From assembly GCF_009914755.1 (NCBI RefSeq), contig NC_060925.1: 64,000 nt of DNA. The stretch is one strand, 5' to 3'. A program made the position numbers and the translations under genes. This document shows, in pieces, positions 1 through 22,958 of the stretch (position 1 is its first letter; the number at the start of each line of letters is the position of its first letter). The notes below the pieces were generated by a model, which saw only the letters and a program-made list of their open reading frames with translations, had not been told where the DNA came from and searched no databases. The stretch comes from the human T2T-CHM13v2.0 reference genome, Homo sapiens.

Positions 1-2806
1 ATGTAATAGCCCCAAATTTTAAAAATGTTAATAAAAAGATAAAGGAAGAAAAAGAACATCCAGCCTATTTTTAAAATGCATTATAATTTTCTCAAACTGA
101 ATTCTTCAGTTTGGGTGTCTGTATCTTGCCTGAATTCTCTATCACTGCTTGTATCAACCATTTGATGGTTGCAACAGGTTCTGATCCTGACTCAGCCTTA
201 CAGACACTGGGAAGGCAAAAAGCTGAGCCCAGGAGACTTGCACTCTAGTTCTACAGTATTACTAATTCATTGTATGACCTTCCCTCTCTGGGCCTCAGTT
301 TCCTCTACTGCACAATGGCAGGGGTTACAGGAGATGACTTCTCAGGTCTGTGGTCATGTGACAGGTGCCTCGGATCCCACACATCTTGCAGTGATGTCAC
401 TGCCAGAACAAGTGAACATCCCCAAAGCAAAGCCATCAAACACCCAAGGTGGCCCTCTGATACTGCCACAGACTGTTTCTGGGGGCTGGCACCCTGCCTT
501 TCACCACCTCCAGAATCTACAGCTAGAGAATCACTCCATCAGTTCTCAGATTCCTCCCCTCTGCGGAGACAAGAAATGTCTTTGGGCCTGATGTCCCTCG
601 GGGATGTGAACACCGCTAAAATCCCATTGATTAATCGGGTCCCACCCTTGGATCAATGGCTGGCATTAGAGGAGCTTAGCGCAGTTTTATTAGTCTGGCT
701 GCCCTCTTGCAGATGTTATAGATGAAGAAATAAAATGAGGAGGAGAGGGAAAAAGGACAAAATCATTAGTCTGAAAGGAGCAAAAGAGCATCTTCTCTGT
801 TTTGTATTCAGATTTAGAGCTGCGCTGTCCAAGCCAGGAGCACACACAACAATCCATTTGTATGCTGTTTCCAGGAGTTCAGCTAGGCCTCCTGATTTCC
901 CACTTTGCCTGATCGCTGAGATCCCAGGAGCATTTGGTCCGCAGCAATTGCCAGCCCAACCTCTGAAGCCATTTTGCAGGGCTACGAAAACACCTGAGGT
1001 CCCATTCATTCATTTATTCATTTCTCACAAGGGCAGAAGGCTTTTGCCTGACGTAGGGAAACAGGCCTAAGTATCTACCAGATAATCCATCTTGAAAATG
1101 TCATATTTGCTCTGAAGGGACTGGTCCTTCCACAGGCCTTGCAGAGAAGCCTGCTATAGCCCTCACCTTACCAAAGCTTTGGTTCCAACAGAGAAAACCC
1201 AAGGGCTCAGCTTGCTAAAGCTCTCCAGAGAGGCACTTTGAATTAAGACCAGAAATGCTTTTAAAAGACTCTGGTCTCTGGTCTTCTAATGATGACCTCT
1301 TCCTTAATTTTGTGATGGCTTCATCTGCCTCTTTCGATCATCTAGGTAGCTATAAAAAGCTGAACACCTCCTACTAACCCCATTAGGATGAAAGCGGAGG
1401 ATTTTATTATTCATTTTTCATAGGAAGAAGCTCAAACTCCCCCAGGAAGTGTAAAAGGTAGGTTTTGATGTATCTGGTTATGGAGAGGTTGCAACAAAGC
1501 AGACCCTCCGAGAATGGGAATGTCTTGTGGAAGGACAGGCAGGAAAGGTTGGGGTAACCACGCTCTGCAGGCAGGGAAGGGAATCATCTCAGGCAGTTCC
1601 ACTGACTCCAACAAGGCACGCACCACCGCTCTGTGACATGCACTGATTTCAGGACCTGCCTGGGAATCCAGGAATAACCCAAATCCCCTAGAACACTGCC
1701 TCTTGATAATTATCTGTTAAACATTTGCAACATACACACAAAGGTAACTAAACAGAATGGTTCCCTCCAGGACCATGCCGTTCATAACAGTAATAAAGCC
1801 CCTGCCACAGACAGTGTCATTATCCAAACGCCATTAACATCAATATTCGTATCAAATACCATCTGGCAAAGGAGCCTGCAAACCCAAGCTCTGGGGCTTC
1901 CCAGCCTGGTGGGAGGGGGCAGCCCACAGCCTCCTCCTTCTTCACCTAATGGCATGAGGGGGCCAGGCCTGCCTGCGAATTCAGAGCAGCAGGCCCACCC
2001 TGAGAGAATGCTAAGGGATAAGGGAAAAAAAGGACAGGGCGGGTGAAAAGCATCTAAGTCTAATTTATTCACTGTCATTGACTTCTCTTCAAGTCCTAAT
2101 TACAAAGATGCAACCAACTTCTCCTTCACAATGTCATAATAGGAAACTGATTGAGTATTTGTATAAACCTCAGAGGAATCATTGTTTTGAAGAGAAACAG
2201 AACTTAACCTCCTGCCAGTACCCAGGGTTGCCTTGCAGACAGCGTCACATGCAGAACCCTATACTTAAGTTGAAAGAGCTTTCTGTGGGGAGTAATTATG
2301 TGACCCCAGAACACTAGTTCTTCCTGGAGAGAGAGAGGCTGGGCGCTTGGGGCACAGCTCAGCTCCTCCTCTGGGCTGGATCCTGCTTTCGGGCCACTGC
2401 ATCAGTGTCAGGCATGTGGCCTGAGAGCCGGAGGTCACCCAGGCATGAGGCCCAGCATTGCTGAGCCTGGGCATGTGCAATAAAAGAAAAAGGCAGGAGC
2501 CTCATGGGTCTGGAGCTTGACAAAGTGGTGCTGGGCAAAGGCAGAAAGAAATACAGGAGCAGGTTTCAGGGAGATCCTAACAAACCATGCCAAGCCTCAT
2601 CCTTCCCTTCTGTCAATTTTAACTATTATGATTATAAGTGTCCACATGTGAATAAGTGAGTACCTGCCACATGGGGTTACTGTGAGAGTCAAATGAATTC
2701 ATGGTAATAATAATAAAAATAATAATAGCTACCATTTATTGGGTTTGATATGTACCAGGTATGAAGCTGGGTGACTCACATTTTATCTCATTTAATCCTC
2801 ACCACT

Positions 2807-3443
<637 letters not shown>

Positions 3444-6400
3444 AAAATTCCTCAGCATAAACACGCGAGGTTAAAAAGCATTTTTCCCCATTGGTAAAGA
3501 TGATAAGATGAAGCAGAGGGTCAGAGAAACTGGGTAATGCACTCGAGCTAAGGAATTTAGTAAGTGGAAGAGCTGGAGTTTGAGTCCAAATCTACCTTAA
3601 CTCCAGTGCCCAAGCTCTTAACCATGATTCTGTTCCATGACCAAAGGCATTTTGGAATCTCTGATATACTGAACACGGGATGTTAACTTCTGGCTCTACT
3701 GCTCGCTGCAGAGCAGTTGTGTGACCTTGAGTTTGTCACTTTGCCTCTCTGGGTCATCTGCCTGCCTCACAGAGTGGTGGTGACGCTCTCAGAGGTAAAG
3801 GCTGAGACTGCTCTTCCTAATGAGTAAATGAAACTGTACAAATGGAAAAGGCAATCAAAATGAGCTTTACTATCAGGAACAGGATGGCACAGCAGTTAAC
3901 ATCTGGGAAGCAGCAGCAGCAACTGCAAAAAGGAATGGCTTTTGAGAAATGCCAGGGAAGCAGGCTGTATTTGAGCCCACGCTCTGGGACAGCTACAAAG
4001 CAGAGAGGGTGTTTCCAGCTGCTATGGGCTCTTTAGGGAGCACCCAGGGACTGGAGAGATGCTGCTTGGGCTATGGGCTAAGAATAGGCCTTTGGTCCCA
4101 TATAATCCTGCTGGTGGACAACCACACTTCTAGAGTCAGGGACCTGGACATTGATAAGGAGATCATTATTACTCTTAACATCAGCTGCAGAATCTTTTGT
4201 ACTGAGACATAGCTGGCTGCTCACAGCACTTTGAACAGCTCTGACTTGCACTGACTCTGTGGAAGTGAAGATGCTATAAGGCAGGAAACTCTTCTCTACC
4301 TCCACTTTAATCCCTTCTGGAAAGATACAGGGCTCCATACATTCAAAAAATACAAGGAAATGAGGATCCACGCACAGCCTGTTGGGTTGTTCCAGGGAGG
4401 AATTCCTGCAGTGAGAAGGGGGTCTTCGTATCCTAGAACTTTTTTCAATCATCCAGCACAAAGCCTTCTAATGGGAGATAGAGACAGGCTTGGAGAGGGG
4501 ACATAGATATTGTCTGGAAGAATCTAAGTCTTTGACTCCAACATGGTTCTGTTCACACTCTGTGTGTCTCCTATGATAAAGCCTAATCATTCATGGTCTC
4601 TAGCTCCCTGCATGCCCGTTGGGGCTGATGCGGTAGATACTTGTGGAGGGGCTAGAACCGGGTAGGTTTGGAGGCCAAGACAGAGCTAGGGTTCGTTCAC
4701 CTGGGAAAGCAAAAGACACCAACTGCCAGAGGGGATCAAAGTCAGAGCACAACTCAAAGAGTCCAGAGCAAGGAGACAAGGTCCAGCGAGGCAGGTCAGG
4801 ATCTAATGGGAAGCCTGAGTAATTGCGTGAAATGCCAGCCAGCATCTAGAGCTCACCTTTACGGCCAATGAGGACGTGACTCATGGCTTCCTCAGCCCTG
4901 TTCCAAAAGCTCTGGGTTGATGAAGGGTTAGAGTGAAGGGGGCAGCTTCTGTCACTGAGTACACAGGTGCCAACACTCTGCCCTCAACCGCCCACGGTGC
5001 CCTCTGAAAACCCTGGGCACTGTCTTCTCTGACTCCGACCCACTAATATCACAATTAGCTGGCAGAGGGAACTTTCTTCTTTTCTACTTTTTCCTAAGTC
5101 ATTCAGGCGGAAGAGTCATTAATACTTCACAAGCAATGAAAAATCAAAAGGGGAAAACTATTTTTTGCTGTATTTTTTAAACATTTGGGTAGGGAAAGTC
5201 AGATGTCAAAAAAATCCCCATTTACCTCTTTTAAAATATGAGCAATTGATATTTTCCATGAAGGTTCATGCTCCCTTTCTTCATTCTGTTTGCAGGGTAT
5301 TGTTAAGCCGTGCTTTGTAATTTGTTGCATGTTTAAATATTCAGTCTGTATTTCATTTGGGCTACACATTTAATTCAGCCAACATGTTCATTTTAAGATC
5401 AATACTGTCATAACTATGTTGAAAAATTAAATTATTGTAACTTTATTTACATTTCTTAAAAGTACTGTGAAAATTATTCTTAACCAGGACCTAATCAATG
5501 TTAGAGTCTAAAAATATGCCACTCTGCATGAAGCTATAAAAAGATTAATGTACATTTTTTACAAGAAATTAGTAGCTTAATGAAGTGGATAAAAACGCTG
5601 TCACAATTTTTATTGGATCTAAATTGCATAGTAGTGGAGGTACAGTAAGTGCCTTCTACATAATGACATAATGAGTCATGACTGGTGCTGGAAGGCTAAT
5701 TTGCCCTTAACTGACACAAAACCAGGGAATTAACATCCCAGTCGCTCTACGCCAATAGCAGATGCATTATTTCATTGCACAGCAGGGTTTTTAACTAAAC
5801 TCTTAACTGTAGAAATATTGATCTATTCTTCTGTGAAATGATGAAATTGGAATTTTTTAAAAGGACTTCTTAAATTATGGCTGCTGCAGTGACATTTGCT
5901 TTCACAGAACCATGCCTGCCTCCAGAGCAGATGCAACAGGAGAAGTGAGGTTAGGCTCATACCTGTGTTTTAGGGTCTGCAGTCAGAGGAGAAAGAAAGA
6001 GGGGACTTTATATGAGAGTAAATGCTCGCATTAAGCCACTGTGAGGAAGTGACAGACCATCTACAGGTGCCCAATTTCTGCAGTGACAGTGGTTGAACAT
6101 TGTCCCAGCCCATAAACTGGTTTACTTTGAAGATTATTTCATACTTGGAAGTTGTTTTGAATAGAGCATCACCAAAACAGTGATATTCAATCTAAGTCTC
6201 AAATAAAATTTTAGTGGTGAAAGGTAGAATGGAAAGTAGTTGAAGTAGCTAGAGACCCCTATAAGAGGCAAGTATAAAGTGAGAGATGCTGTCCTGTCCC
6301 AATTTCCATTTTGTCATTCATTCATTCATTCATTCATTCCTCTATTTATTGGGTACCTACAGAGTGCCAGGGATGGTTAAATACTATAACCTATGGTGAC

Positions 6401-6800
6401 TAATTATTGCTTCTGTCAGATAGTGTAATGCAACATATTTCTCTGTTTAACCAATGAATCAAAATTCATTTGGCTTTGAAATTTTAACAATAACTAAATT
6501 TAAATTTGTACTAACCACAGATACTTTGAGCTGTCACAACCCAGGAATTTAGAAGAAAGAAGAACAATGTACTGACAAACAGCTATACATCTGCCACCTC
6601 TTCACCTCTTGTGTGTCTCTCTTTGACACTTTGGGTTAGCACACACACACACAAAAAGCAGCAGCAAAAATAATTCTTCGTGCTTGAGGAGCTGAGAAAC
6701 CAAACCTATTTAAGTCAATTGAACAAGCCTGCAATATGTCACATGACCTAGGCGTAGGCACACAGAGTAGCTAGAGGTAGTTTGATCCAGCCTAGAAGCT

Positions 6801-7270
6801 GGTGGTTCTCAACACTAACTGACATTAAGCCACATGGGAACAGCCTTATTTACTTATAATCATGCACCACATAATGACAATTTGCTCAACCATGGACCAC
6901 ACATACTACAGTGGTACCATATGATTTTATTTTTACTGTACCTTTTCTATGTTTAGATACGCAAATACTTAACCATTGTGTTGTAATTGCCTACAGTATT
7001 CAGTAAGTAACATGCTGTACAGGTTTGTAGCCTAGGAGCAATAGGCTACCCCCTATAGCCTAGGTATGTAGGAAGCTGTACCATTTCGGTTTGTGCAAGC
7101 ACATCCTGTGATGTTCACACAGTGCTGAAATTGCCTAACATCACATTTCTCCGAATGTATCCCTGTCACTAAGCGGCACATGGCTATAGTTTGGGATGGG
7201 CCTGGTATCACTATTTTTTTTTATACTCACCCCAAGTGGTTCTAGTGTGCAACTATGGTTAAGAACCACT
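6801..7270. mobile_element. Tigger3a/MER7-like MITE (~6857-7188) nested in a MER5-like hAT element
   Basis: TIR-like ends ATCATGCACCACATAA / TAAGCGGCACATGGCT with TA flanks; outer GTGGTTCTCAAC ... GTTAAGAACCACT. Confidence 0.65.
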
Positions 7271-7933
7271 ATAGACACGTAATAAAACAACAACAGAAAC
7301 TGCACAGACCACGCTCAGAGGACTGGAAGAGCTGATCAGGCTCTGACGGAGAGCTGCAGCCAGGCCAGGTGAGAGTGCACAAGATGGCACTTGGATACTT
7401 TGCAGACTGCAGTCAATAAACTCGGGTCCCTGCTCTCAGTCTAAGACCATTTTCTACGACATATTAAAACCAATAAACACCTCCTCCTCCTATCCCCTTC
7501 AATTTTTAAAGGATTTTTAAAAATGCATATATGTATATTGTTAATTATAAAAAGGATACATATTCATTCACTGTAGAAAAATTGGAAAACACTGTTAATA
7601 TGGTTTTAAAAAAGTAATGAGATGTTTCGAATCTATATTATTTTAAAGTACAAGAATCAATCTATTTAAGAACATCCTAAAATTGATGGCTAAAACATGT
7701 ATGAAAGATCCCGTTCTTGTATTCTTATCAACATTGAATATCATCCTTTGAAAAAAATACCCATTTGATAAAGAGAAAGGGAAGCTTATTATTTTAGTGT
7801 TCATTTCTTCTATTATTAGTGAGGTTTTATGGGTTTTCATGGTTTTGGCCTCTTCTACTTCGTGTCACACACTAATATCTTTCCCTCATTTTGTTTTAGA
7901 ATGTATTTTTTACTGATTTGTAAAATTGTATAA

Positions 7934-8242
<309 letters not shown>

Positions 8243-8999
8243 ATTAACTTTCTCTATTATACATAATAAGCATATTTCCTAGTTTCTCTTGTTTAATTTA
8301 ATAGTACGTTTTGACATAAACAATCTGTTCATTCTAGGTGTGTAAAGTCACACACACACCAGAATTTGTTGTTAAATCACCTCTAATGTTTATCCTCCTT
8401 ATTCTCTTGATGTGTTGATATGTGTAGGGCTTGGAGTCAGAAGGTCAGCACTCATTGGCTTACCAGCTGCGTGATTTAGGGCAAGCCACTTCACTTCTCT
8501 GAGACTCCGTTCTCCCCCATCTGCATCCTAACTTTTGTCAGGTTGAAATTCAGTCAGCACTATAATGGCAAGGACTTTGCTCTCTTGTTCACTGATAGAT
8601 CCTGGGAACCTAGAACACAGCCTTGCATCCAGCAAGCACTCACTAAGGATTTGTTGAATGAATGAATAAGCATCTGGCTTGGACCCCAGCCTCACTGTCA
8701 CCCACAGCAAGCCCAGCAACCACTGCCCCTGAGCAGCCTTAAACGGATCACAAGTTGTGTCTCCCAGTCATGTTGTTTACATTTTTCCCATTCTTACCCA
8801 GCACAGTGAAGCCTGTACTGAGTGTATACTATGAAGCCAGCCCTGTGCCAGGCACCCCTACTGCATAAAAAAGAGGACTGGCAAATACACAGACTCTGCC
8901 CTTCAGCCTAGTGATTGCCCTTGCAGAATTTCATTAAATATACAGGATAATTGAAAAAGAAATTAGATGGGCCAAAATGTGGGCCAGGAATCTTCAAAA

Positions 9000-10357
<1,358 letters not shown>

Positions 10358-11139
10358 TGAGGAATGCCATCAAGAAGGGAGATGCCGAATCGAGGAAGGC
10401 TCGTTACAGAAGGGACCCGTCAGGGGACACGAAGGGCAGTGACCCTCGGACACACAGAGAAGAGGAAGCTGGCAGGCCAGAAGGGGGGAACTAATGAGCT
10501 AGGCTTATTTTTCCTCCCAAAATGATTGGCTTCATGTTCTACTTGACCACAAGACAATTACGTTTTATATTCATGATTTCCCTCACCCAGACTATTTTAC
10601 TTGCTCATTGACACTTGTACCATATGCCAATGTATCAGTTTCAAGAAAAGCTCTCCTTTTATAGTTTTTACATATATAAGGGGCAGAATTGGAAATCCTA
10701 GGGAAAAAAATGTGAAATCCAGAACACGCAGCCAAGTCCAATTTTGCATTTCTGTTCTAAATAAGCCTCCTAAGTGGCTTATGCTCAGATTCACAACTGG
10801 TTCCTCACCTTTTTGGAGACTGAAAAGGCCAGGTTCTCTCTGTCCAGTTGGTACATATAATTTTGCACACAAATTCAGGGGCTCCTAAAGCCTCTGTAAC
10901 CCATCCACGGACTCCTAAGATAGTTCGGTGATCTCCTCGCATGAGAAGTTCACTCTGATGAGTATCCAATAAACCCGACTTCAAATTCTAGTAATCACTA
11001 TAATCTCTTTTGCCTAAGAAACATTATTTCTTTCTGGCATTTTGTAACTGGTCACAAAAACTGGATCTTTCTGGTTCATTCACCCACTATCTGCCTGAGC
11101 TCATAGCCAAGAATCATGACCCATACAGTATGTTAGTGT

Positions 11140-11535
11140 GTAAGTTAGGGTAACACTAGCTGTTATAATAGATAAAGCCCATAATCTCAAAAGCTTAACA
11201 GCAGAGACATCTATGTACTGCTCATCAGTCCAATGCAAGTGTTTCTGGTCAGCAGATGAGCCTTCCACTGTGTGATCCAGGAATCCAGATTCCTTCCGTG
11301 TCAAGGCTCTGCATTTTCAACAGTGTTTCTGTGCTCATCTGCAGTGATCTAGTAGAAGGGAAAAGAACATGGAGGATCATGCCTGAGATGATTACATGGG
11401 CTACGCCTAGAAATGGAATATGTCACCTCCACTCACATTCCATTGGTAGAACTCACATAGCCATCCCTAATTGCAAGAGTGGCTGGAAATATTATCTCTA
11501 TGCAAAAGGAGAAGAAAGCTTATTCTGCCTCTGCC
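11140..11535. mobile_element. Old MaLR (MLT1-like) LTR
   Basis: Resemblance to MLT1 consensus by eye. Confidence 0.45.
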
Positions 11536-13196
11536 ACAACGGGTGTGTACAGCTGCTCTCAGAAAGTCCCGGGATAAGCTGCTCGGAGTCCCAATGTAGC
11601 ATTTTCCCTCGTTCCTTCTTCCTTCCTTCCTGGCAGCCTCTAAGAAGCTCTGTTACTATCAGGAAGGCAGATCTTTGCTCTGGCATCAGACAGATGGGAC
11701 TTCAATTCCAAGCTATGCCAATAAAACTAGCAATATGTTCCTGCAGGTTCTCTGTGCCTCAGTTTTCTCATCTGTAAAATGGACCACAACAATAGCTCCA
11801 ACCTCATTACACTGGATGGATTAGAGGAGAAGGCACAAGTAAGGCTCTTAGCACAACGGCTGGCAAGCTGTAAGCTCTCAAATATTAAGATACGCATGCT
11901 ACTGCTAATCATAATTTTAATTAAACTAGTACAATTATTAGTATAGGCTAGCCCAAATTTTTTAAAAGAAGAAAAGGATCTAAGAGATAAGCATTGAGGC
12001 TCCTGTGAGAATTGAGATAAACTGTGGTAAGGGATAACATGAAAATAATACCAGCTAAACAGCACTTTTTTGACCATTATTTTGGATCTGAAAGAAATCA
12101 AGAATAAATGAAGGACTTGATACATTGGAAGAGGAGAGTCAAGGACCTACAGAGGCAGGTCGAGATCTCCACTGTGTGGCCCAGATCTCCATTTGGAAGG
12201 CCTCTCAAGGTCACTAACATTCCTAGGCAAAATCTAGGAGAATCTGTCTCCTTTTCCAGATTCCAGGCACAGAAACCTGAAGGATAAGAACAAATTAGAG
12301 ACCTTAATTTCATTTCAACAAATAAGAGACATTTCAGTGGTGAGCATTCCTCCCTTTCTACCTGGTTTCCTTCTCACTGCATGAATCATTCTAACTTCTG
12401 TTCCAGCTGTCTTCCTTCCATTGACTGACCAAGGCCCTCCCTAAGGCCCAGTTCTGCCTCCCACCCCACCCTGCTCCCACTCAGTATGCCAATTCGATCT
12501 CTAGCTCAGCCCTCTTCCCCTTCATCCAGCCTCAACACTCTAGTAGTCCAGAGAACATCTCCATGGAGATCCTGTGGCCCCTGACCCTAATGAGTTTCTT
12601 TTTGCCAGACAGCCTGCCTGCCTTTCTCAATTGTCCCGTTCCCATCAATAGACTGCCACAGGGGTCATGTGAGGAACTAGTCCAAGGAGCCTCCGTGCTA
12701 GACATCTAGCCAGGAAGAACTACAGTGCAGTAGAAGAAAAGAATCCTCCAAGCATGGAAATGGCCAATAGCTCCCTTTCCAAAGTCAAGACAGATATTCG
12801 AGAAATGTTTGGTAGGGTTATAAGCGTTATTTCTCAGTTCATCTTCCAAAGCTGTAGAGGCAGTACATTTTCTGGGAAAAAGCCTCAGTACAGAACATGC
12901 CAGCACTGCTTTTCAGAGAAAGATAGGCCCTGTCTGGAGCCTCATTACCTGGAACACAAAGTTTGCATGCCAATTTGCATGGAGATAAGAGAGAGGCCAT
13001 GGAAAGAAAGGAAGGAATATTCACAATTTGCTAAAATGTGTGTGCCAGCACCTCTTTTTTAAAGAAAAGCAAAAAGAATATTGTAGAAAATTAATATTCC
13101 ATTTCTCTAAGTCAAGTTCCTGTCTGTTCGGCAGGTTACTTTGTAATAAACCAAATTAATTGTCTCCCACATGCCTTCTAATATTTTATCAGTCCA

Positions 13197-15796
<2,600 letters not shown>

Positions 15797-17419
15797 CTCT
15801 CCAGTTATGCCCAGCTGCTGTCCACATTCCCCTTACAGACTATGTTCCTTTGGGACCCCCAAGAGGGACAGGGGGAGCATTTAAACTAACTAGCTTACTT
15901 ACTAGCTTAGATGGAAAACAGTGGTACTAATAATCTCTTTTGAATAACTGGAAGGGCTTTCAGCATTTGCAAAACAAAGGATAGAGATCCTTACCAAAGT
16001 CCAAAATTCACACACAGTGCTTTCTCCAACAATGCTTGATTTTATCTTTTAAATCATTTCTCCACACAGAACTCAAGATGTAGAAGGTAAATTAACTCCC
16101 AAATACCTCCAGCATTCTATATTGAGATATTATATACATGCATATATGTATGTGTGTGTATATATGAATGTGAATGGGAGAGGTGGTGGTATGTGAAATA
16201 GCTAAAATACCTTGCTGCTTAAGACTTTAAGGTATTTTTTAACCATCTGTCCTAGTTCTCTTTGAAGTAGACTGGTAGAGATCAACATCCACTGGGATGC
16301 AAAACATTTCAAGCAAAACCCTGATCATTTTATTCTCCGTTTTCTTCATCCTGAGTTGTCTCCTTTCACATTTACTTTCTATTTCACAATTAAAGACTTC
16401 TCCTTAATCACTGACTGAATTTATAATTTTCAGTAATAGGAAAACATAACATTTATTGGGCATCTATGTACCACATGCATCTTGAAACATTCTCTCCATT
16501 TAACCAATGGGAGCCTAAGGCCGGAGGCTGCAAGTAAAGGCATGCCACGCTGGGCTGCCAGGCCTGGAGGACAAGCCCTGTTTTGCCACTAATTAGATCT
16601 ATGATGAGGCTGGCCACCCTTAGTGTACCCTCAACAGTGCCAGTTCACACCTGCTGCTCAGGCATCCTTACTAATGGCATCCCTTCCACTCTCAACAGTA
16701 TCTGGAATTTAAGTTATACAGTCTTCCTAGCTACAGCCTCAACAAGGCTCCTTATCCCTCTGCACCTGTTTCCAAAATCTGAAAAAGAAGACAGGATTAG
16801 ATAGTTTCACAAGAGTTTTTTCAAGCTGTTTCTGTGATTTCCATTTCAGAATTAAAACAGCTTCTAAAGTAGTCCAATTACAAAATTTAAAGATCTTTCA
16901 ATCTGTCTTCCTCCCACTGATAAACTAATGTCTATTTTTCTCTGATTAGTTTAGACCCAACCTGTTTGTATAGACAAACAATTATTTAACTGACATTTAA
17001 GAGTCAATGAGTATGTCAGCAACTGGAGGAAACAGAAAACAAGCTGGAATCGGTACAATTGTTTAAGTGTGTTTTACTTCACTCATCTCCTCACTCCTTC
17101 TTAGGTTGGATTAACACATTAATGATGCCAGGACCAGGATACTCCCCACCATGTGTGAGATTTGTGTATATGAAACACCCAACCAAAAACATTTTCACCT
17201 GAGCTTAGATTTACTACCCTAGAGCAGAAATGGGCCAGGGGAGATACCTAGACACAAGGCCATGAAATTCCCACATCGGGATAGAACCTGAAGCTCTGAC
17301 ACATAAGAAACATTAACCACAGGAAGCAGCAAAAGAAAAAGAAATGGATGAGAAAACGGCAAAGTGGGACAACCCAACGTTCCGCCACCACCCTCCATAC
17401 CTCAGGCAAGGAGAAACGC

Positions 17420-18777
17420 TGATTTTGGAGTAAATACATTTATTGATACCCATTTCATATATAGTTCAATGAAATAATCTATAAATATAAAAAGCATTTT
17501 TCTTTTGGATATCACCATGGTCCATGTAAATACTCAAGTCAGAATCATCTGCAGGAAGCACTCCAAGTCACACTGTTAGCTTTACAGACCTGAATATACA
17601 TATTGCATTAAACAGTGGCACTTATGTACTCAAGTGGTCCAGTGGCTTTGGAATATATGTCTACTGGGCATGTGGAATAGAAATAATGTGTTAGGTTTAA
17701 ATCAATGGAAAGGGTATCAACCATCAACAAAAGCAACAATTATGAATTCATATCCTAGGCAAAGAAAGTACCACAGTTGACACTTGGTGTCAGAATACTG
17801 GAGACAAAGTATGTAAAACAATGCCTGTTGCAGCACCACGTGCTCACTCCAACTCCCAGTGGACAGTCCCCCAATGCCTTAGGGTCACTCGTGGTCAACC
17901 AAATGCAATCAAGAAGCTCGATAGCTTAGAATAAAAGGTCTGTAGAGGCTGATATCAAGATTAAAGTAAGCTAAACATTTCAGTGACACAATGAGTTTCT
18001 CCCCTAGAAGGGGACTGTGGGAAAACTTTTAATTCCCTTTGTTACACTGAGCATGATCATTTATCTAATGCAGAAGAAAGAACCCAGACATCTGGTACTC
18101 AGAACATAGGTGCAAAAATTTTCTTCCATTTCAAAGTTTTTTCAATACTTCCGAGGGAACTAATGCAACCACCGTTGAGCCTTGCTCTCCACCTGATGCA
18201 GCATAAAATTTTCTCTCATTTCTTCAATATAGGAATGTCTTGCTGCAGACTATGTGTCTTCCGAGTTAGCAAGCAAATGCGTTTAAAAGGTCTTAGTTGT
18301 GCAATGTCCAAAACTGAAATCTGAGAGGCAGTGTTAGAACTTAAGCAAGGCAGAATTTTTAGAGTCTACTCAAATGAAAGCCTAAGTGAAGCATATAAAA
18401 ATTCAGTCTTTTCTATTATTTTCAACTGGAATTGATGGCAACATTCCCTGGTAAGGATGGGTAACTGGTGTTATCTCCAGGTCCAAAATATCCCAACTAC
18501 TTAAAGGGGACCCAAAAGAGGAGAAACACACACTTGAGTTCTGTGGTCTCCAGAATTTTTTTTTTTTTTTTTTGCCATTTTCAAAAAAGATATAGTAGCT
18601 TCAGTTGTACACCACCAGTTGAAGGGGTTTTCATCCAAATGAGAAACTCTACCCCTTGTCTCTAGTGGAACAGGCACCAGATTCCCACAAGCAGCAGCTC
18701 CCATGTCCTGTAGCACGTGGCATCCGACCCTGGAGTGAAGAGTAAGCTGGCACAGAGCCCCGACGCTGGGATTCAGA
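17420..18777 (-). other. RRAGC: RRAGC 3' UTR (end approximate)
   Basis: Repeat-free sequence after the stop, running to AATAAA at 17444-17439. Confidence 0.7.
17439..17444 (-). terminator. RRAGC: RRAGC poly(A) signal AATAAA
   Basis: tttatt on plus strand; GU/U-rich sequence downstream on minus strand. Confidence 0.7.
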
Positions 18778-18929
18778 CTAGATGGCGTTTCGTGGCGTGC
18801 CATTGTGTGTCAGCGCTTTCAGACTGGAGGCACTAGTCTGGTGACCACAGCTCCTGTGAGAAGTCACACCCACCTCAAAAACCTCATGAATAGCTTTTCG
18901 GAAACAGTGGAAGTTGTAGTCTATTAAAC
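18778..18929 (-). CDS. RRAGC: RagC coding exon 7 to stop
   Basis: cttcctgcag|GT; GLIDYNFHCFRKAIHEVF...GTPRNAI TAG; all seven exons sum to 1200 nt = 399 aa + stop. Confidence 0.97.
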
Positions 18930-19089
18930 CTGCAGGAAGGAAAAAGAAAAGAATGTCTCCTGAATTGTCAATTGTGAAATTTTATATTTGGGTTTGCAGC
19001 CAAAAATAACTCGGATAAACACTGGTTGGAAATTCTTAAGCCTCCAAACTAGATAGCAACTTCTTCAATCGTAAGAACAGCTGGTCATC

Positions 19090-22958
<3,869 letters not shown>

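Noticed and set aside
169-1070. Overlapping 97-151 aa ORFs
   Set aside because: Partly MIR-derived, with no domain or convincing splice structure
11256-11777. 173-aa ORF
   Set aside because: Spans MaLR LTR and MIR remnants; no protein-like signal
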